The notes below the pieces were generated by a model. The model saw only the letters and a list, made by a program, of their open reading frames with translations, searched no databases and was not told the origin of the DNA. The position numbers and the translations under genes are program-made. A stretch of 62,618 nucleotides of DNA, filler included, from Actinomycetota bacterium (lineage in GTDB: Bacteria; Actinomycetota; Actinomycetes; JAKEEW01), in assembly GCA_046725875.1 (NCBI GenBank). It is 6 parts of 6 records of this genome, joined end to end, with 100 filler letters (N's around TTAATTAATTAA, not from the genome) between each part and the next. Parts side by side here need not be neighbours in the genome. Positions count along the whole stretch, not along the records: positions 23,909 to 50,141 come from JBKOZJ010000127.1; 5 more parts are not named here. One strand, written 5' to 3'. How positions within the stretch are numbered: position 1 is the stretch's first letter; every line of letters begins with the position of its first letter. Positions 31,230-43,498 of this stretch are shown here, in pieces.

Positions 31230-32078
31230 ACACCCGGCCGGACGCTCTACCGCCGCGGCCGGGCCCGCCGCTCCTTCCTCGTCGCCGCGGCGAGCACGGC
31301 GGTCTTCGTCACGGTTGCCGTGCTCGTGGCCGTCAACGCTCCGGGCTGGCCGCGGGTCAAGCAGTCATTCTTCGACGTTTCCACGGCCCGGGAGGCATTT
31401 CCCCGTGTGCTAGAGGGCTTCTGGATCAACCTCCAAATCCTGTTCATCGCCGAGATTTTGATCTTGATCTTTGGGCTCATGCTTGCCCTGCTCCGCACGC
31501 TGCGGGAGCCGGTCTTCTTTCCACTCCGCGCTCTGGCCACCGTCTATGTCGACCTGTTCCGCGGCATCCCCTTGATCATCGTCCTGCTTCTCGTCGGCTT
31601 CGGCGTGCCCGGCTTGCGCCTTCAGGGCGCGCCTACGTCGCCGTTTGTCCTGGGTACGGTCGCCATCGTGCTGACGTACTCGGCCTATGTCGGCGAGGTC
31701 TTCCGCGCCGGGATCGAGTCCGTACACCCGAGCGAGCGGGCCGCGGCCCGCTCGCTCGGCCTGACCTACGCGCAGTCCATGCGGCTCGTGGTGCTGCCGC
31801 AGGGGGTACGCCGGGTGGTGCCCCCGCTGCTCAATGACTTCGTGGCGCTGCAGAAGGACGTCGGCTTGGTCTCCATCCTCGGCACGCTGGTCGACGCGGT
31901 ACCGGCCGCACAGATCGAGACGGCACAAACGGCGAACTTCACGCCGTATGTACTGGCCGGGCTGCTGTTCGTGCTGCTGGCTATCCCCACCGCGCGGCTC
32001 GCCGACTGGCTGACCTTGCGGGCGGTACGGCGGCAGAGCGCGGGCGGGCGGCGCGCGAGCAAATCAGAGGCCGCGTAG
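31230..32078 (+). CDS. Polar amino-acid ABC permease, orphan; start unclear (coordinate approximate)
   Basis: [43 protein letters not shown]. Confidence 0.85.
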   Translation, partial: TPGRTLYRRGRARRSFLVAAASTAVFVTVAVLVAVNAPGWPRVKQSFFDVSTAREAFPRVLEGFWINLQILFIAEILILIFGLMLALLRTLREPVFFPLRALATVYVDLFRGIPLIIVLLLVGFGVPGLRLQGAPTSPFVLGTVAIVLTYSAYVGEVFRAGIESVHPSERAAARSLGLTYAQSMRLVVLPQGVRRVVPPLLNDFVALQKDVGLVSILGTLVDAVPAAQIETAQTANFTPYVLAGLLFVLLAIPTARLADWLTLRAVRRQSAGGRRASKSEAA

Positions 32079-32744
32079 CTGCTTAAGGATGGAGGCGAAG
32101 AAGCCCAGCCCATCGGTGGAGGGGCCGGTGAGCGGATCGACGGCATGCTCCGGGTGCGGCATCAAGCCGACCACGTTCCCGGCCTCGTTTGCGATCCCCG
32201 CGATGTCGTTCGCCGAGCCGTTCGGGTTTCCGCCGACGTAGCGGATGACTACCCGGCCCTCTCCCTCCAAGCGGGCAAGTGTGCCGCCGTCGGCGACATA
32301 CCGGCCCTCCCCGTTCTTCACCGGGATCACGATCTCGTCGTCCGGCTCGTACGCCTCGCTCCATGCGGTCGCAGAGTTCTCGACCCGCAGGCTCTGGTCC
32401 CGGCAAATGAAGTGCAGGTGGTCGTTCCGGGTCAGGGCGCCCGGCAGCAGGTGGGATTCGCAAAGCACCTGAAAGCCATTGCAGATACCGAGCACCGGCA
32501 GGCCGTCCCGTGCCCGCTCGATGATCGTCTCCATGACCGGGGAGAACCTCGCGATCGCGCCGGAGCGCAGATAGTCGCCGTACGAGAAGCCACCGGGCAG
32601 CACGACGGCGTCGACCCCGCGGAGGTCGTTGTCGCGATGCCAGAGGGCGACCGCTTCCGCGCCGGCCAGCCGCACCGCCCGGGCGGCGTCCACTTCGTCC
32701 AATGACCCGGGGAAGGTCACCACGCCGATGCGCGCAGTGGTCAC
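32064..32744 (-). CDS. purQ: FGAM synthase subunit PurQ
   Basis: [25 protein letters not shown]. Confidence 0.97.
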   Translation of the reverse strand: MTTARIGVVTFPGSLDEVDAARAVRLAGAEAVALWHRDNDLRGVDAVVLPGGFSYGDYLRSGAIARFSPVMETIIERARDGLPVLGICNGFQVLCESHLLPGALTRNDHLHFICRDQSLRVENSATAWSEAYEPDDEIVIPVKNGEGRYVADGGTLARLEGEGRVVIRYVGGNPNGSANDIAGIANEAGNVVGLMPHPEHAVDPLTGPSTDGLGFFASILKQLRGL

Positions 32745-32986
32745 GATGCGACCCGCACCTCGAAGTCCTCGATCACGGTGTTGGCGAGCAGCTTCTCGGC
32801 CATCTCCTCGACCCGAGCCCGCGCGGCCTCGTCCGGCTCACCCTCGAGTTCGACCTCGAATCGCTTGCCCTGGCGTACTGACCGGATTCCGTCGAAACCG
32901 AGCCGGCCGAGCGCGCGCTGGATCGCCTGGCCCTGCGCGTCCAGGATCTCCGGCTTGAGCATGACGTCGACGATGACCTGCGCCAC
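32741..32986 (-). CDS. purS: FGAM synthase subunit PurS
   Basis: [37 protein letters not shown]. Confidence 0.95.
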   Translation of the reverse strand: MAQVIVDVMLKPEILDAQGQAIQRALGRLGFDGIRSVRQGKRFEVELEGEPDEAARARVEEMAEKLLANTVIEDFEVRVAS

Positions 32987-33090
32987 CCCAAACTCCTTGA
33001 TCACATTCGCTAGCCCCGCCGTCCGGCCGGCGCCCACCAGCGTAGCCGGGGCCATATCCGGCCGAGATGGACCGACACGGGGCAGCAGAA

Positions 33091-34047
33091 CTAGCCCGAC
33101 GGCCAGGCTTCCCAGGCGCTGGCGACCATCTCGTCGAGGCCGAACTTCGCGGTCCAGCCAAGCTCTCGCTCGATCTTGCCAACCGCGGCCACCGTCGCCG
33201 CCGGATCCCCGGCGCGCCGGCCGACAACCTCCGGCTCGAACTCGCGACCGGTCACCCGGCGGACCGTGTCCATGACCTCGCGAACGGTGAATCCCTCCCC
33301 GCGGCCGACGTTGTACGTCTCCCCGCAGTCCCCCTCGGCGAGCCGGCGGACGGCGGCGACGTGCGCCTCGGCCAAGTCGACCACGTGGATGTAGTCCCTG
33401 ATGCAGGTACCGTCCTTGGTCGGGTAGTCGTCGCCGAAGATCCGCGGCTTGCCGCCGGAGGTCAGCGCGCGGAAGACCAGCGGGACGAGGTTGCCCACGC
33501 TCGTGTCAGCGAGAGTTGCGTTGGCCGCGCCGACCACGTTGAAGTAACGCAGCGATATGTAGGAGAGCCCGGTCGCGCGCCGCTGCGCGGCAACCATCCA
33601 CTCGCAGGCGGCCTTGGTCTCGCCGTAGGGGCTGGTAGGGACGAGCACCGCGGCCTCGGTCACCGGCACCTCGGCCGGTGCGCCGTACACCGCCGCGCTG
33701 GAGGAGAGGAGCATGCTTCGCACGCCAGTGGACTGCATCGCGCGCAGCAGCACCTCGCAGCCGCCGACGTTCTCGCGGTAGTAGAGCAGTGGCTGCTCGA
33801 CCGATTCACCAACCGCCTTCTTCGCGGCGAGATGGATCACGCCGCTTACCTGGTGCTCGCGCAGCGCGGCCGTAACCACCTCAAGGTCGGAGACGCTCGC
33901 CTCGACGAGCCGCACGCCGGCCGCGACTCGGTCGGGGACCCCAGTGGACAGGTCGTCGAGCACGACGACGGGAATGCCCGCCTGCCGCAACGCGGCGACG
34001 ATGTGTCCGCCGATGTAGCCGGCTCCGCCGGTGAGCAGCCACGTCAT
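33091..34047 (-). CDS. galE: UDP-glucose 4-epimerase
   Basis: TGGAGYIG, KAVGESV, YGETK, LRYFN, DGTCIRDYIHV. Confidence 0.93.
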   Translation of the reverse strand: MTWLLTGGAGYIGGHIVAALRQAGIPVVVLDDLSTGVPDRVAAGVRLVEASVSDLEVVTAALREHQVSGVIHLAAKKAVGESVEQPLLYYRENVGGCEVLLRAMQSTGVRSMLLSSSAAVYGAPAEVPVTEAAVLVPTSPYGETKAACEWMVAAQRRATGLSYISLRYFNVVGAANATLADTSVGNLVPLVFRALTSGGKPRIFGDDYPTKDGTCIRDYIHVVDLAEAHVAAVRRLAEGDCGETYNVGRGEGFTVREVMDTVRRVTGREFEPEVVGRRAGDPAATVAAVGKIERELGWTAKFGLDEMVASAWEAWPSG

Positions 34048-34205
34048 GCTGCCCAACGGTAGGGCAACGCCGGCAGCGCGGGGCACGTCGTGACCCCACG
34101 AACCACGACACTCGATCCCGGGCACTCGGAGTTGCCTCAACGCCCACGGCGTATGGCCGCCCGGTGGCTTGGCTCGGGCGGCCGGGTTCGGCCAGGATGA
34201 CTTGC

Positions 34206-35114
34206 ATGCGCGAACGGCTGCTGACTCGTCGGCGTGGGATCATCGCTGCTGGGGCGGCGTTCGGCGTGCTGCTCGCGTCGGGCATCGGTGTTCTCGTCGC
34301 GCGGGCGACCGGCGGCAACGAGTCGGCGACCACGAGGCCGAAGGTGACCGTGGGGGTCGAGCAGTATCGCGACGACGAGCCGGCACACACCCTTCAGATC
34401 GCCGTTCGCGACCACGAGGCGGCGCGAACTAGGGTGCTTGCCGTTCAGTTCGTCAGCCAGGACTTCGAGCCGACCGGGCCCGTGAGCTACGACGAGCGGC
34501 TGCCAACCGGTGGCCTGCAGATCGACTTCAAGACGCCCTTCGGCAAGGGACGCTGCGACGGCAAAACCGTCCCGGCGCGGGCCCGGCCGGCCAAGGCCGT
34601 CCTCCGCCTGCAGACTGCCGGCGGCAGCGTCGAAAACTTCACCTATCCGCTGCCGGACCCGAAGAAGCTGCTCGACCGGCTGCTCATCGCCGACTGCCGG
34701 CTGGCGTTGGTCGCCAACGTGGCACACATCACATTCGGAGAGGGCTGGACGGTTGCCCGGCGAGGCACCGAGCCGGTGCTGCACGGGACTGTCGAGGTGC
34801 GCCGGACCAACCTCGACCGCAGCCTCGCCGTCACCAACGTGCTTGGCTCGGTGCTCTTCAAGTTCGAGCTGTCCGGCCGCAGGCCGCTCGCCACCCTGCC
34901 TCCCGGCGAGACCGCGGCCTCGTTCCCGCTCACGGTGACCACGCCGCGCTGCACGGGACACTCGTTCGGGGAGTCAAAGCAGACCTATTACTTCCGGCTG
35001 TGGGTACGCATCGACAACGGCGAGGAGATCGGTATCACCTTCGTTCCTGACGATCGGGCTAAGGAGGCTCTGCACAACCTGCTGACCTTGTGCGACACGA
35101 CGGAGGTCGGGTGA
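34206..35114 (+). CDS. Membrane-anchored or secreted hypothetical protein
   Basis: N-terminal RRR plus hydrophobic helix; four Cys; RCTGHSFGESKQ. Confidence 0.75.
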   Translation: MRERLLTRRRGIIAAGAAFGVLLASGIGVLVARATGGNESATTRPKVTVGVEQYRDDEPAHTLQIAVRDHEAARTRVLAVQFVSQDFEPTGPVSYDERLPTGGLQIDFKTPFGKGRCDGKTVPARARPAKAVLRLQTAGGSVENFTYPLPDPKKLLDRLLIADCRLALVANVAHITFGEGWTVARRGTEPVLHGTVEVRRTNLDRSLAVTNVLGSVLFKFELSGRRPLATLPPGETAASFPLTVTTPRCTGHSFGESKQTYYFRLWVRIDNGEEIGITFVPDDRAKEALHNLLTLCDTTEVG

Positions 35115-35148
35115 CGCCGCACCGACATGCGACGGCGCCGCGAGCTGG

Positions 35149-36045
35149 TTAAATGTATGGCACTGGGTTGCCGGTCAGCAGCCGGTAGGCCTCGAGGTAT
35201 TTCGCCCGCGTCTCGCCCACGATGTCCGGCGGCAGGGCGGGCGGCGGCTCGCCCGAGTCCGGCGACCACGCCGACTCCGGGGACACGAGCCAGTCCCGGA
35301 CGTACTGCTTGTCGAAGGACGGCTGCGGGCCACCCGGACGCCACGAGTCGGCCGGCCAGAACCTGGACGAGTCCGGAGTCAGCACCTCGTCCGCGAGGGT
35401 GAGCTCTCCGGACTGGGCGAGACCGAACTCGAGCTTGGTGTCGGCGGCTATGAGCCCATGCGACAGAGCGGCCTCGTGCGCGCGCTCGTACACAGAAAGC
35501 GTCAGGTCACGAAGGCGCGCGGCGATCTCGGACCCGGTGAGCGCGACGACGCCCGCAAAGGTGAGCGGCTCGTCATGCTCACCCTCCGGCGCCTTGGTAG
35601 TCGGCGTGAATATCGGTTCGGGCAGCCGCGAGCCTTCAATCAAGCCCTCGGGGAGCTTGTGCCCGTACACCTCGCCGGTCTTGGCATACGGCCCGAGCGC
35701 CGTGCCGGCCAGGTAGCCGCGCGCGACCGCCTCGACCGGCACCATCTCCAACCGGCGACACAGCATCGACCGGCCGCGCAACTCGCGCTCGTATTTGCGC
35801 AGCTCAGGTGGGTAGTCAGCGACGTCACCGGCAACGACGTGGTTGGGCGCCAGATCGCGAAGCCGGTCGAACCACCAGAGCGAGAGCTGCGTGAGCACAA
35901 CTCCCTTGTCCGGAATGGGAGTGCGCAGCACGTGGTCGTACGCCGAGATGCGGTCGCTCGCGACCACGAGCACGAGGTCGTCGCCCACCCCGTACAGGTC
36001 GCGCACCTTCCCGCCGTGGATGTGCCGGAGACCCTCGAGAGGCAC
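35149..36045 (-). CDS. purC: SAICAR synthetase
   Basis: GKVRDLY, SDRISAYD, ADTKLEFG, DEVLTPDSSRFW, DKQYVRDW. Confidence 0.97.
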   Translation of the reverse strand: MPLEGLRHIHGGKVRDLYGVGDDLVLVVASDRISAYDHVLRTPIPDKGVVLTQLSLWWFDRLRDLAPNHVVAGDVADYPPELRKYERELRGRSMLCRRLEMVPVEAVARGYLAGTALGPYAKTGEVYGHKLPEGLIEGSRLPEPIFTPTTKAPEGEHDEPLTFAGVVALTGSEIAARLRDLTLSVYERAHEAALSHGLIAADTKLEFGLAQSGELTLADEVLTPDSSRFWPADSWRPGGPQPSFDKQYVRDWLVSPESAWSPDSGEPPPALPPDIVGETRAKYLEAYRLLTGNPVPYI

Positions 36046-36063
36046 CGGGCCACTCCGTTGTCG

Positions 36064-36324
36064 TCAGGGGCCGGCCGCGGGCGGCTCGCTGCCGGTCGCG
36101 CTACTCGGCTTGGCTGTGCCGCCGGTGGACGTCGCCTCGTCCGTCACCGTGCCGGTGACACCCGGGCCAAGGCGCTGCTCGTTCGTGCGCTCGTAGTCGA
36201 CCGGGATGGTACGGGCTTTCCTCTCGTCCTCCTCCTCGAACCGCTCCGCCACCTTGCGGGCAATCTTCTGGATCGCCCACAACGCGGCGGTCTGGATGAT
36301 CCATCGGATGATTCGCCTTCTCAT
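36064..36324 (-). CDS. Small hypothetical protein (86 aa)
   Basis: ATGA overlap with the purB stop; fills the purB-purC gap. Confidence 0.6.
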   Translation of the reverse strand: MRRRIIRWIIQTAALWAIQKIARKVAERFEEEDERKARTIPVDYERTNEQRLGPGVTGTVTDEATSTGGTAKPSSATGSEPPAAGP

Positions 36325-37640
36325 GTCAACGCCTCCAGCCGCTCGAACATCGGTCCCAGCCGCACCACGAAACCCTCGGGCCGGCAAATCTCGTCGAGCC
36401 GATTCTCGTCGATCGTGGTACCCGCCGATTCTGCATGCTCACGCAGTGTCTCGCGGAAACCTCGGCCGGTTTCCCAGGTCTCCATCGCCGCAGCCTGGGT
36501 GATCGCGTAGGCGGCCTCGCGGCTGAGGCCTTGCGTCTCAACCAGCTCGAGGAGGACGGCGCTCGTATAGATCAGTCCATTTGTCAACTCGAGGTTGGCG
36601 CGCATCCGCTCCTTGTCGACGGTGAGTCCCTGCATCAGCCGCGTGGTGAGGTGGAGCAGATAGTCGGTCGTGATGGAGGCGTCGGGCAGCGCGATTCGCT
36701 CGACGGACGAATGCGAGATGTCGCGTTCGTGCCAAAGCGGGACGCCTTCGAGTACGGGCGTGAACTGGCCCCGGACGATCCTGGCCAGGCCGCAGATCCG
36801 CTCGGAGATGATCGGGTTCTTCTTGTGCGGCATCGCCGACGAGCCCTTCTGGCCCTCGCCGAACGGCTCCCACAGCTCCCGCACCTCGGTCCGCTGGCAG
36901 TGCCGAACCTCGAGCGCCACGGCCTCGCAGACCGTCGAGGTAATGGCCAGGGCGGCAACCCACTCGCTGATCCCGTCGCGCATGACCACTTGGGTGGACA
37001 CGTCCGAGCACTCGAGGCCGAGCTGGGCCGCGACCGCCTCCTCCACACTGGGGTCGATATTCGAGTACGTGCCAACGGCGCCGGAGATCTTGCACTTGGC
37101 AACGGCTTTCCGCGCCGCGCGCAGCCGATCGCGGCAGCGGGCCGTGGCGAAGGCGAAGTCGGCGACCCGGTGGCCCCAGACGTCCGGCTCGGCGTGGATG
37201 CCGTGGGTCCGCCCGACCCTGATGGTGTGTCGATGCTCGAGCGCGTGGTCGCGAAGGACGGAGGTGAGGCGGTCTGCCTTTGCGAGGAGGATGTCGGTCG
37301 CCTCGACGAGCTGGACGGCGAGCGCGGTGTCGAGCAGGTCGCTGGACGTCATCCCGAAATGGACATACTTGGCGGCATCCCTCGGCACCGTGTTCTCCGC
37401 CCACGCCGTGAGAAAGGCGATCACGTCGTGCTGCGTGACCGCCTCGATCTCCGCCGCTCGTTCCGGGGTTGGCGGCTTGGCGTTGCGGACGGGTTCTACA
37501 GCGCTGTGCGGGACCACGCCGGCCTTGGCCTGAGCCTCCAGGACCAGCAACTCCACCCGGCACCAGATCTCGTACCTATGCGCCTCGCTCCAGACCCGGC
37601 CCGTCTCAGGCAGGGTGTACCGCTCGATCACGCCAGCCAT
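36321..37640 (-). CDS. purB: Adenylosuccinate lyase
   Basis: HDVIAF, GRTHGIHAEP, GSSAMPHKKNP, HERDISHSS. Confidence 0.97.
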   Translation of the reverse strand: MAGVIERYTLPETGRVWSEAHRYEIWCRVELLVLEAQAKAGVVPHSAVEPVRNAKPPTPERAAEIEAVTQHDVIAFLTAWAENTVPRDAAKYVHFGMTSSDLLDTALAVQLVEATDILLAKADRLTSVLRDHALEHRHTIRVGRTHGIHAEPDVWGHRVADFAFATARCRDRLRAARKAVAKCKISGAVGTYSNIDPSVEEAVAAQLGLECSDVSTQVVMRDGISEWVAALAITSTVCEAVALEVRHCQRTEVRELWEPFGEGQKGSSAMPHKKNPIISERICGLARIVRGQFTPVLEGVPLWHERDISHSSVERIALPDASITTDYLLHLTTRLMQGLTVDKERMRANLELTNGLIYTSAVLLELVETQGLSREAAYAITQAAAMETWETGRGFRETLREHAESAGTTIDENRLDEICRPEGFVVRLGPMFERLEALT

Positions 37641-37891
37641 TCTCACGCAGTCACGGCTGCCATCCAGTCGTCGGCTCGGTGTTGGGCGGTCGCCGGCGCT
37701 AACGATGGGCCGTCAGGTCGAAAAACTGCATAGTTCCGATGACCGATGGACCGTGACATACACGATCACGCCCTCTCCTTATACGTGGCGGTCCACGGAT
37801 CTTCGAGAGCACAGATCATCTTCAATGTGGCGGACCAATGATGCCGGACGGTGCGTGGTCGACGATGCGCTTGAGGCGCCGGCGGCCACGG

Positions 37892-38638
37892 TTAGTACGG
37901 ATTCTCTGCCGGCGGGGCAGCCGATGCCGGACCGAGCTTCCGTACAAGATCGACAACGTCACCGACGACGGGCCGGAGGACGCGGTAACGCGAGATCGCC
38001 ACGAGCCGCGCAACCAGCGGCGCGGTCCGCTCGACCAGCTCCCGGGACCGCTGCGCACCTTCGGAACGATCGTGCACCCAGAAGAGCACCGCCCCCATCT
38101 GGTAAAGCCAAAGCAGCCGCGGCAGCTCGGCGGCCAGGTCGCGATCGACCTTCGCGGTCGAGCCTTCCACCACGTGCCAGTAAATGCCGATACTCGCTTC
38201 GCGGGCCGGAGCCGACTCGGCGGAGAACGGGCTGAGCGGGCTAGCCGGGTCGGCGGCGTTTTTGAAGAACTGCGCGGCGAACGCGTGGTAGGGCGCGGCC
38301 ACCTCCAGCCAGGCGAGCAGCGCTCGGCGCAGCCGGGGCTCAAAGTCGCGCTCTTCTTGGAGTACGGACTCAACGGCGTCAGCGTGCAGCGCCTCGACCA
38401 GGTCGTAGAAGCCCTGGATCAGATGCTCCTTCGAGGCGAAGTAGTAGTAGGCGTTGCCGACCGAGACGCCGGCCTCCGCGGCGATCGCGCGCATCGTGGT
38501 GCGGTCGTAGCCACGCTCCCTGAACAGCCGCAGTGCGGTTTCGACGATGAGCATCCTGGTTCGCTCGCTCTTCGCGGGCGATGCCGCGGATGTTGGCGCC
38601 GGCGTCGGCGTGCTCTCGGCGGGGGTGTCAGCTCGCAC
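37892..38638 (-). CDS. TetR-family regulator
   Basis: ALRLFRERGY..TTMRAIAAEAGVSVGNAYYYF.SKE. Confidence 0.93.
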   Translation of the reverse strand: MRADTPAESTPTPAPTSAASPAKSERTRMLIVETALRLFRERGYDRTTMRAIAAEAGVSVGNAYYYFASKEHLIQGFYDLVEALHADAVESVLQEERDFEPRLRRALLAWLEVAAPYHAFAAQFFKNAADPASPLSPFSAESAPAREASIGIYWHVVEGSTAKVDRDLAAELPRLLWLYQMGAVLFWVHDRSEGAQRSRELVERTAPLVARLVAISRYRVLRPVVGDVVDLVRKLGPASAAPPAENPY

Positions 38639-39149
38639 ATTCGCCGCCGCAAGCTTGTCCACCCTCGCAACGGTAGCGATCGTGTGCGCCGAACCCGGCC
38701 GCCTCGTCGCGGGTCACGGCCCGGAAGCGCGACGCCGCGGCCACCGCTGCTCTGGAAAGGGGCCGCAGCTTAGGATGCGCGAGCCGCATCGCCAACGGGC
38801 GATAGCGGGTCAGCGCCCACAGGACGACGATCCACGCGTGCGTCCCCTCGTACACCTGCCCGCCGTCGGCGACCACCGTAACGTCGCGGAGCGTTCGCTG
38901 GTGATCGAGGTACGGGAAGGCGCGGCGCGCGGCGGTCGACCCGGCAGGGACGAAGTCCAGCGGCACGAGCTGCGGCTGTCCGGTCAACCAATCGCGAACC
39001 CACCGGCAGAATCCGCAGTTCGCGTCGTAGAGAACGGTCAGCCGGCCGACCGGCTCGGCTTGTCTTGGCGGCCGCCGACATGTTGCGTCCTCGGCCGGCG
39101 GCGGCGCGTAGGCGGCGGAGCGGAACGGCCCGGCGGTCACCGCGATCAC
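38628..39149 (-). CDS. DCC-family (DUF393) thiol-disulfide oxidoreductase-like protein
   Basis: VLYDANCGFC (DxxCxxC); GTGA coupling to the upstream gene. Confidence 0.85.
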   Translation of the reverse strand: MIAVTAGPFRSAAYAPPPAEDATCRRPPRQAEPVGRLTVLYDANCGFCRWVRDWLTGQPQLVPLDFVPAGSTAARRAFPYLDHQRTLRDVTVVADGGQVYEGTHAWIVVLWALTRYRPLAMRLAHPKLRPLSRAAVAAASRFRAVTRDEAAGFGAHDRYRCEGGQACGGECAS

Positions 39150-39565
39150 GCCTTGGTCTTGCCTGGTTCGGCCGGCGGCGCCCAGATGTTCGGCTCAACG
39201 GGCGGGACCTGCCGGCGGTCGATCGAGCTGCGGCGGCGGATCCGGTTGAAGAGGTACACGTTGCCGAGATGGATCCCGCCGAGCACGAGCAGGACCGTGC
39301 CCACCTTCACGGAGAGCGTGTCGAACGATCCGCGGAGCCCGACCACGTCGTCCTGCACCCTGAGGAACAGGGTCACGAAGCCCAGGTTGAGCAAGTAGAA
39401 GCCGACGATGAGCAGGCGGTTGACCGCGTCGGCGAGGCGCTCGTTCCCGTCGAACACGTCGACAAGGAAGAGCCGGCCGTTGCGGAAGAGGGTCCGCCCA
39501 ACCCAGATCGTGAGCGCAACGCTGATGATCAGGTAAGCCAGATATGTTGCCACTGTCGTATTCAT
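39146..39565 (-). CDS. Conserved small membrane protein
   Basis: YLAYL..SVALT.WV.RTLFRNG..FL.DVF..LADAVNRLLIVGFYLLNLG. Confidence 0.85.
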   Translation of the reverse strand: MNTTVATYLAYLIISVALTIWVGRTLFRNGRLFLVDVFDGNERLADAVNRLLIVGFYLLNLGFVTLFLRVQDDVVGLRGSFDTLSVKVGTVLLVLGGIHLGNVYLFNRIRRRSSIDRRQVPPVEPNIWAPPAEPGKTKA

Positions 39566-39603
39566 GATCACTTCTTCTCGTGACCGCGTTTCGTGGACAG
39601 GTT

Positions 39604-39672
39604 TTGAACGCGTTCAACTCTCACCGTAGGTACACGATCGCTTGCAAGTCAAGACCGTTCTGAACACGTTCA
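39604..39672. promoter_or_regulatory. Paired palindromic operators, probably for the co-transcribed TetR
   Basis: TTGAACGCGTTCAA (39604-39617, perfect) and TGAACACGTTCA (39661-39672). Confidence 0.65.
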
Positions 39673-39867
39673 AACCTCTATTGCCACCACGCCCGCTTTC
39701 CAAGGACCCAGAAGGGCCTCGACAAGCTCCGGAAGGCCCTGCAGACGCTGGCCGCCGAACCGCCGCCTGGGCTGGGTAAGGATCCGGTCATCTGGTGGCT
39801 CGCGAGTCCCGGCTAAGCCGTTATAGCCTCCCCCAGCCGCCTTCGATCGAACGCAAGGGTGACGACG

Positions 39868-40434
39868 ATGCAGAGGCTTCGGGCAGCACTTGGCACGCTG
39901 ATCTTCCTGGTCGTCGCGCCCGGGGTCGTCGCCGGGCTGGGGCCATGGTGGGTCACCAAATGGGAGCGTGGCGATCTCTTCGGGATAGCGGGCTGGGTCC
40001 TCGGAGGGGTGCTTGTTGCCGCCGGCGCACTTGTGCTGTTCCAGGCGTTTGCACGCTTCGTCGTCGAGGGGCTTGGGACGCCCGCGCCGGTCGCGCCGAC
40101 CGAGCATCTGGTCGTCGGCGGGCTCTACCGCTTTGTACGCAATCCGATGTATCTCGCCGTGGTTACGGCCATTGTCGGCCAAGGGCTCCTACTCAGCCGG
40201 CCGGTGTTGTTCGTGTACGCCGCGGCTATCGCCGCCGTACAAGCAGCCTTCGTGAGGTGGTATGAGGAGCCGGACCTCGCCCGCCGCTTTGGCGAAGAGT
40301 ACGAGGCCTACCGCGCGGCAGTACCGGCCTGGCTGCCACGGCTCCGCGCCTGGCCCGACGACGGCGCTGTCGAATCTGGTGGACCTGCTATTCGTCCGGT
40401 GACCGAAGGCGGTAACCATAACCACGGACCGTGA
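39868..40434 (+). CDS. Isoprenylcysteine/phospholipid methyltransferase-family membrane protein
   Basis: GTPAP..PT..LVVGGLYRFVRNPMY, YEEP.L.RRFGEEY..Y...VP.W. Confidence 0.88.
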   Translation: MQRLRAALGTLIFLVVAPGVVAGLGPWWVTKWERGDLFGIAGWVLGGVLVAAGALVLFQAFARFVVEGLGTPAPVAPTEHLVVGGLYRFVRNPMYLAVVTAIVGQGLLLSRPVLFVYAAAIAAVQAAFVRWYEEPDLARRFGEEYEAYRAAVPAWLPRLRAWPDDGAVESGGPAIRPVTEGGNHNHGP

Positions 40435-40756
40435 CGATGGAGTTCACAGTATCGGGTGATATCACCGCGAGACGCCTCCGGCAGCCGGGTCAAGTGAGCC
40501 CTGATCCGCTCATCGTCACCCGTGTAGGGCCCGCAGTAGAGGGTCTCCCTTAGGTGTTAACGCCTTCCCAGCAGTCCCTCAGGTTCCGGCTGGTACCAGG
40601 GCGATGTCGTGGCGGTCAATCCGGCAGCATTCAATGCATGCGGCTTCGAATCAAATCGAGTGCCAGCGGCCAACCTGAAGAACAGCTCCACGACATAATC
40701 CAGTTCCGCCCCGCATCGACAGCAGGGGAACTGCCCCATACGGGGGCAGTACGGCC

Positions 40757-42004
40757 CTATACGGATGCAGCGACTAGCGCGATATCGGAACGGTGGTGGG
40801 CGCCGGGGAAGTGAATGCAGCCGGCGGCCGCGTACGCGCGGGTTCTGGCTGCTGCGAGGTCGGTGCCGAGTGCGGTGATCGATAGGACCCGGCCGCCGGC
40901 GGTAATGAGATGCCCAACCCTGTCCCTTGTGGTCCCGGCATGCAGCACATAGGCACCCTCGACAGCGTTGGCCGCGTCGACGCCTTCGATGCGGTCGCCG
41001 GTGCGCGGCGGGCCGGGATACCCCGCTGCCGCTACAACTACCGTGACCGCGGCCGCGTCGTCCCAGTCGAGTGGCGCATGGTCGGCGACTGTCCCGGTCG
41101 CCGCCGCGCTGAGCAGGCCGACGAGTGGTGTACGGAGTCGGGCAAGCACGACCTGTGTCTCGGGGTCGCCGAACCGCGCATTGAACTCGACAACCCGGAT
41201 CCCTCGAGACGTGAGCGCTAGCCCGGCGTAGAGCAGGCCGGCGAACGGCGTGCCGCGCCGGCGCATCTCGTCGACCGTTGGCCGCACGACGGTCTGAATC
41301 ACCTCGTCGACGAGGTCTTTCGGCGCCCACGGAAGCGGCGAATAAGCACCCATCCCGCCGGTGTTTGGGCCGGTGTCTCCGTCGCCAACCCGTTTGAAGT
41401 CCTGGGCAGGTGCGAGCGGGACTGCCGTTATGCCGTCGGTTACGGCGAACAGAGACACCTCGGGTCCGTCGAGGTACTCCTCGATGACCACCCGACCGCA
41501 CGCGGCGGCGTGAGCCAGTGCTGCGGCCCGGTCGGCGGTGACCACCACGCCCTTGCCGGCGGCGAGACCGTCGTCTTTGACGACGTGCGGTGGGCCGAAC
41601 TGGTCGAGGGCGGCGGCCGCCTGCTCTGGATCCGTACAAACCCTTGATGCGGCGGTTGGCACGCCCGCCGCCGCCATGACCTCCTTGGCGAACGCCTTCG
41701 ACCCCTCGAGCCGCGCGGCCGCGGCCGATGGGCCGAAACAGGCGATGCCAGCCGCCCGTACGGCATCCGCGACCCCGGCGACCAAGGGCGCCTCGGGACC
41801 GATGACGACGAGGTCCGCCCCGACCTCGGCCGCGACTTGGACGACCGCCATAGCGTCGGCCGGTGCCACAGGCATGACGGTCGCCAGCTCGGCTATCCCC
41901 GCGTTTCCGGGGGTGCAGATCAGCGCTGAGACCGATGGATCGAAGGAGAGCGACAGGCACAGCGCGTGCTCGCGGGCGCCGCCGCCGACGACGAGCACCC
42001 TCAT
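40757..42004 (-). CDS. purD: Phosphoribosylamine-glycine ligase
   Basis: [42 protein letters not shown]. Confidence 0.97.
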   Translation of the reverse strand: MRVLVVGGGAREHALCLSLSFDPSVSALICTPGNAGIAELATVMPVAPADAMAVVQVAAEVGADLVVIGPEAPLVAGVADAVRAAGIACFGPSAAAARLEGSKAFAKEVMAAAGVPTAASRVCTDPEQAAAALDQFGPPHVVKDDGLAAGKGVVVTADRAAALAHAAACGRVVIEEYLDGPEVSLFAVTDGITAVPLAPAQDFKRVGDGDTGPNTGGMGAYSPLPWAPKDLVDEVIQTVVRPTVDEMRRRGTPFAGLLYAGLALTSRGIRVVEFNARFGDPETQVVLARLRTPLVGLLSAAATGTVADHAPLDWDDAAAVTVVVAAAGYPGPPRTGDRIEGVDAANAVEGAYVLHAGTTRDRVGHLITAGGRVLSITALGTDLAAARTRAYAAAGCIHFPGAHHRSDIALVAASV

Positions 42005-42062
42005 CGCTCACCTGCCATGGCCCGGCCCAACGGGCGGGAGTCTATTGCGCGACCGCCGTGGC

Positions 42063-43391
<1,329 letters not shown>

Positions 43392-43498
43392 TTAGATTGT
43401 CACTTCCGCAGGAGGTCGGGCCGCCTCGCACAGGGCGGCCGGATTCGGTACGTGATGCGAATCGCCCATCCACGACTGACTGGCCGCAGCCGAGATGC

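Noticed and set aside
39604..39672. LexA boxes
   Set aside because: The GAAC-GTTC spacer is too short (N2 in the perfect copy) for the N4 SOS consensus; a TetR operator fits better.
40440..40750. Short ORFs or a riboswitch downstream of purD
   Set aside because: No recognisable family. Only a small hairpin (ACTGCCCC...GGGGCAGT, about 40730-40750), consistent with a terminator.
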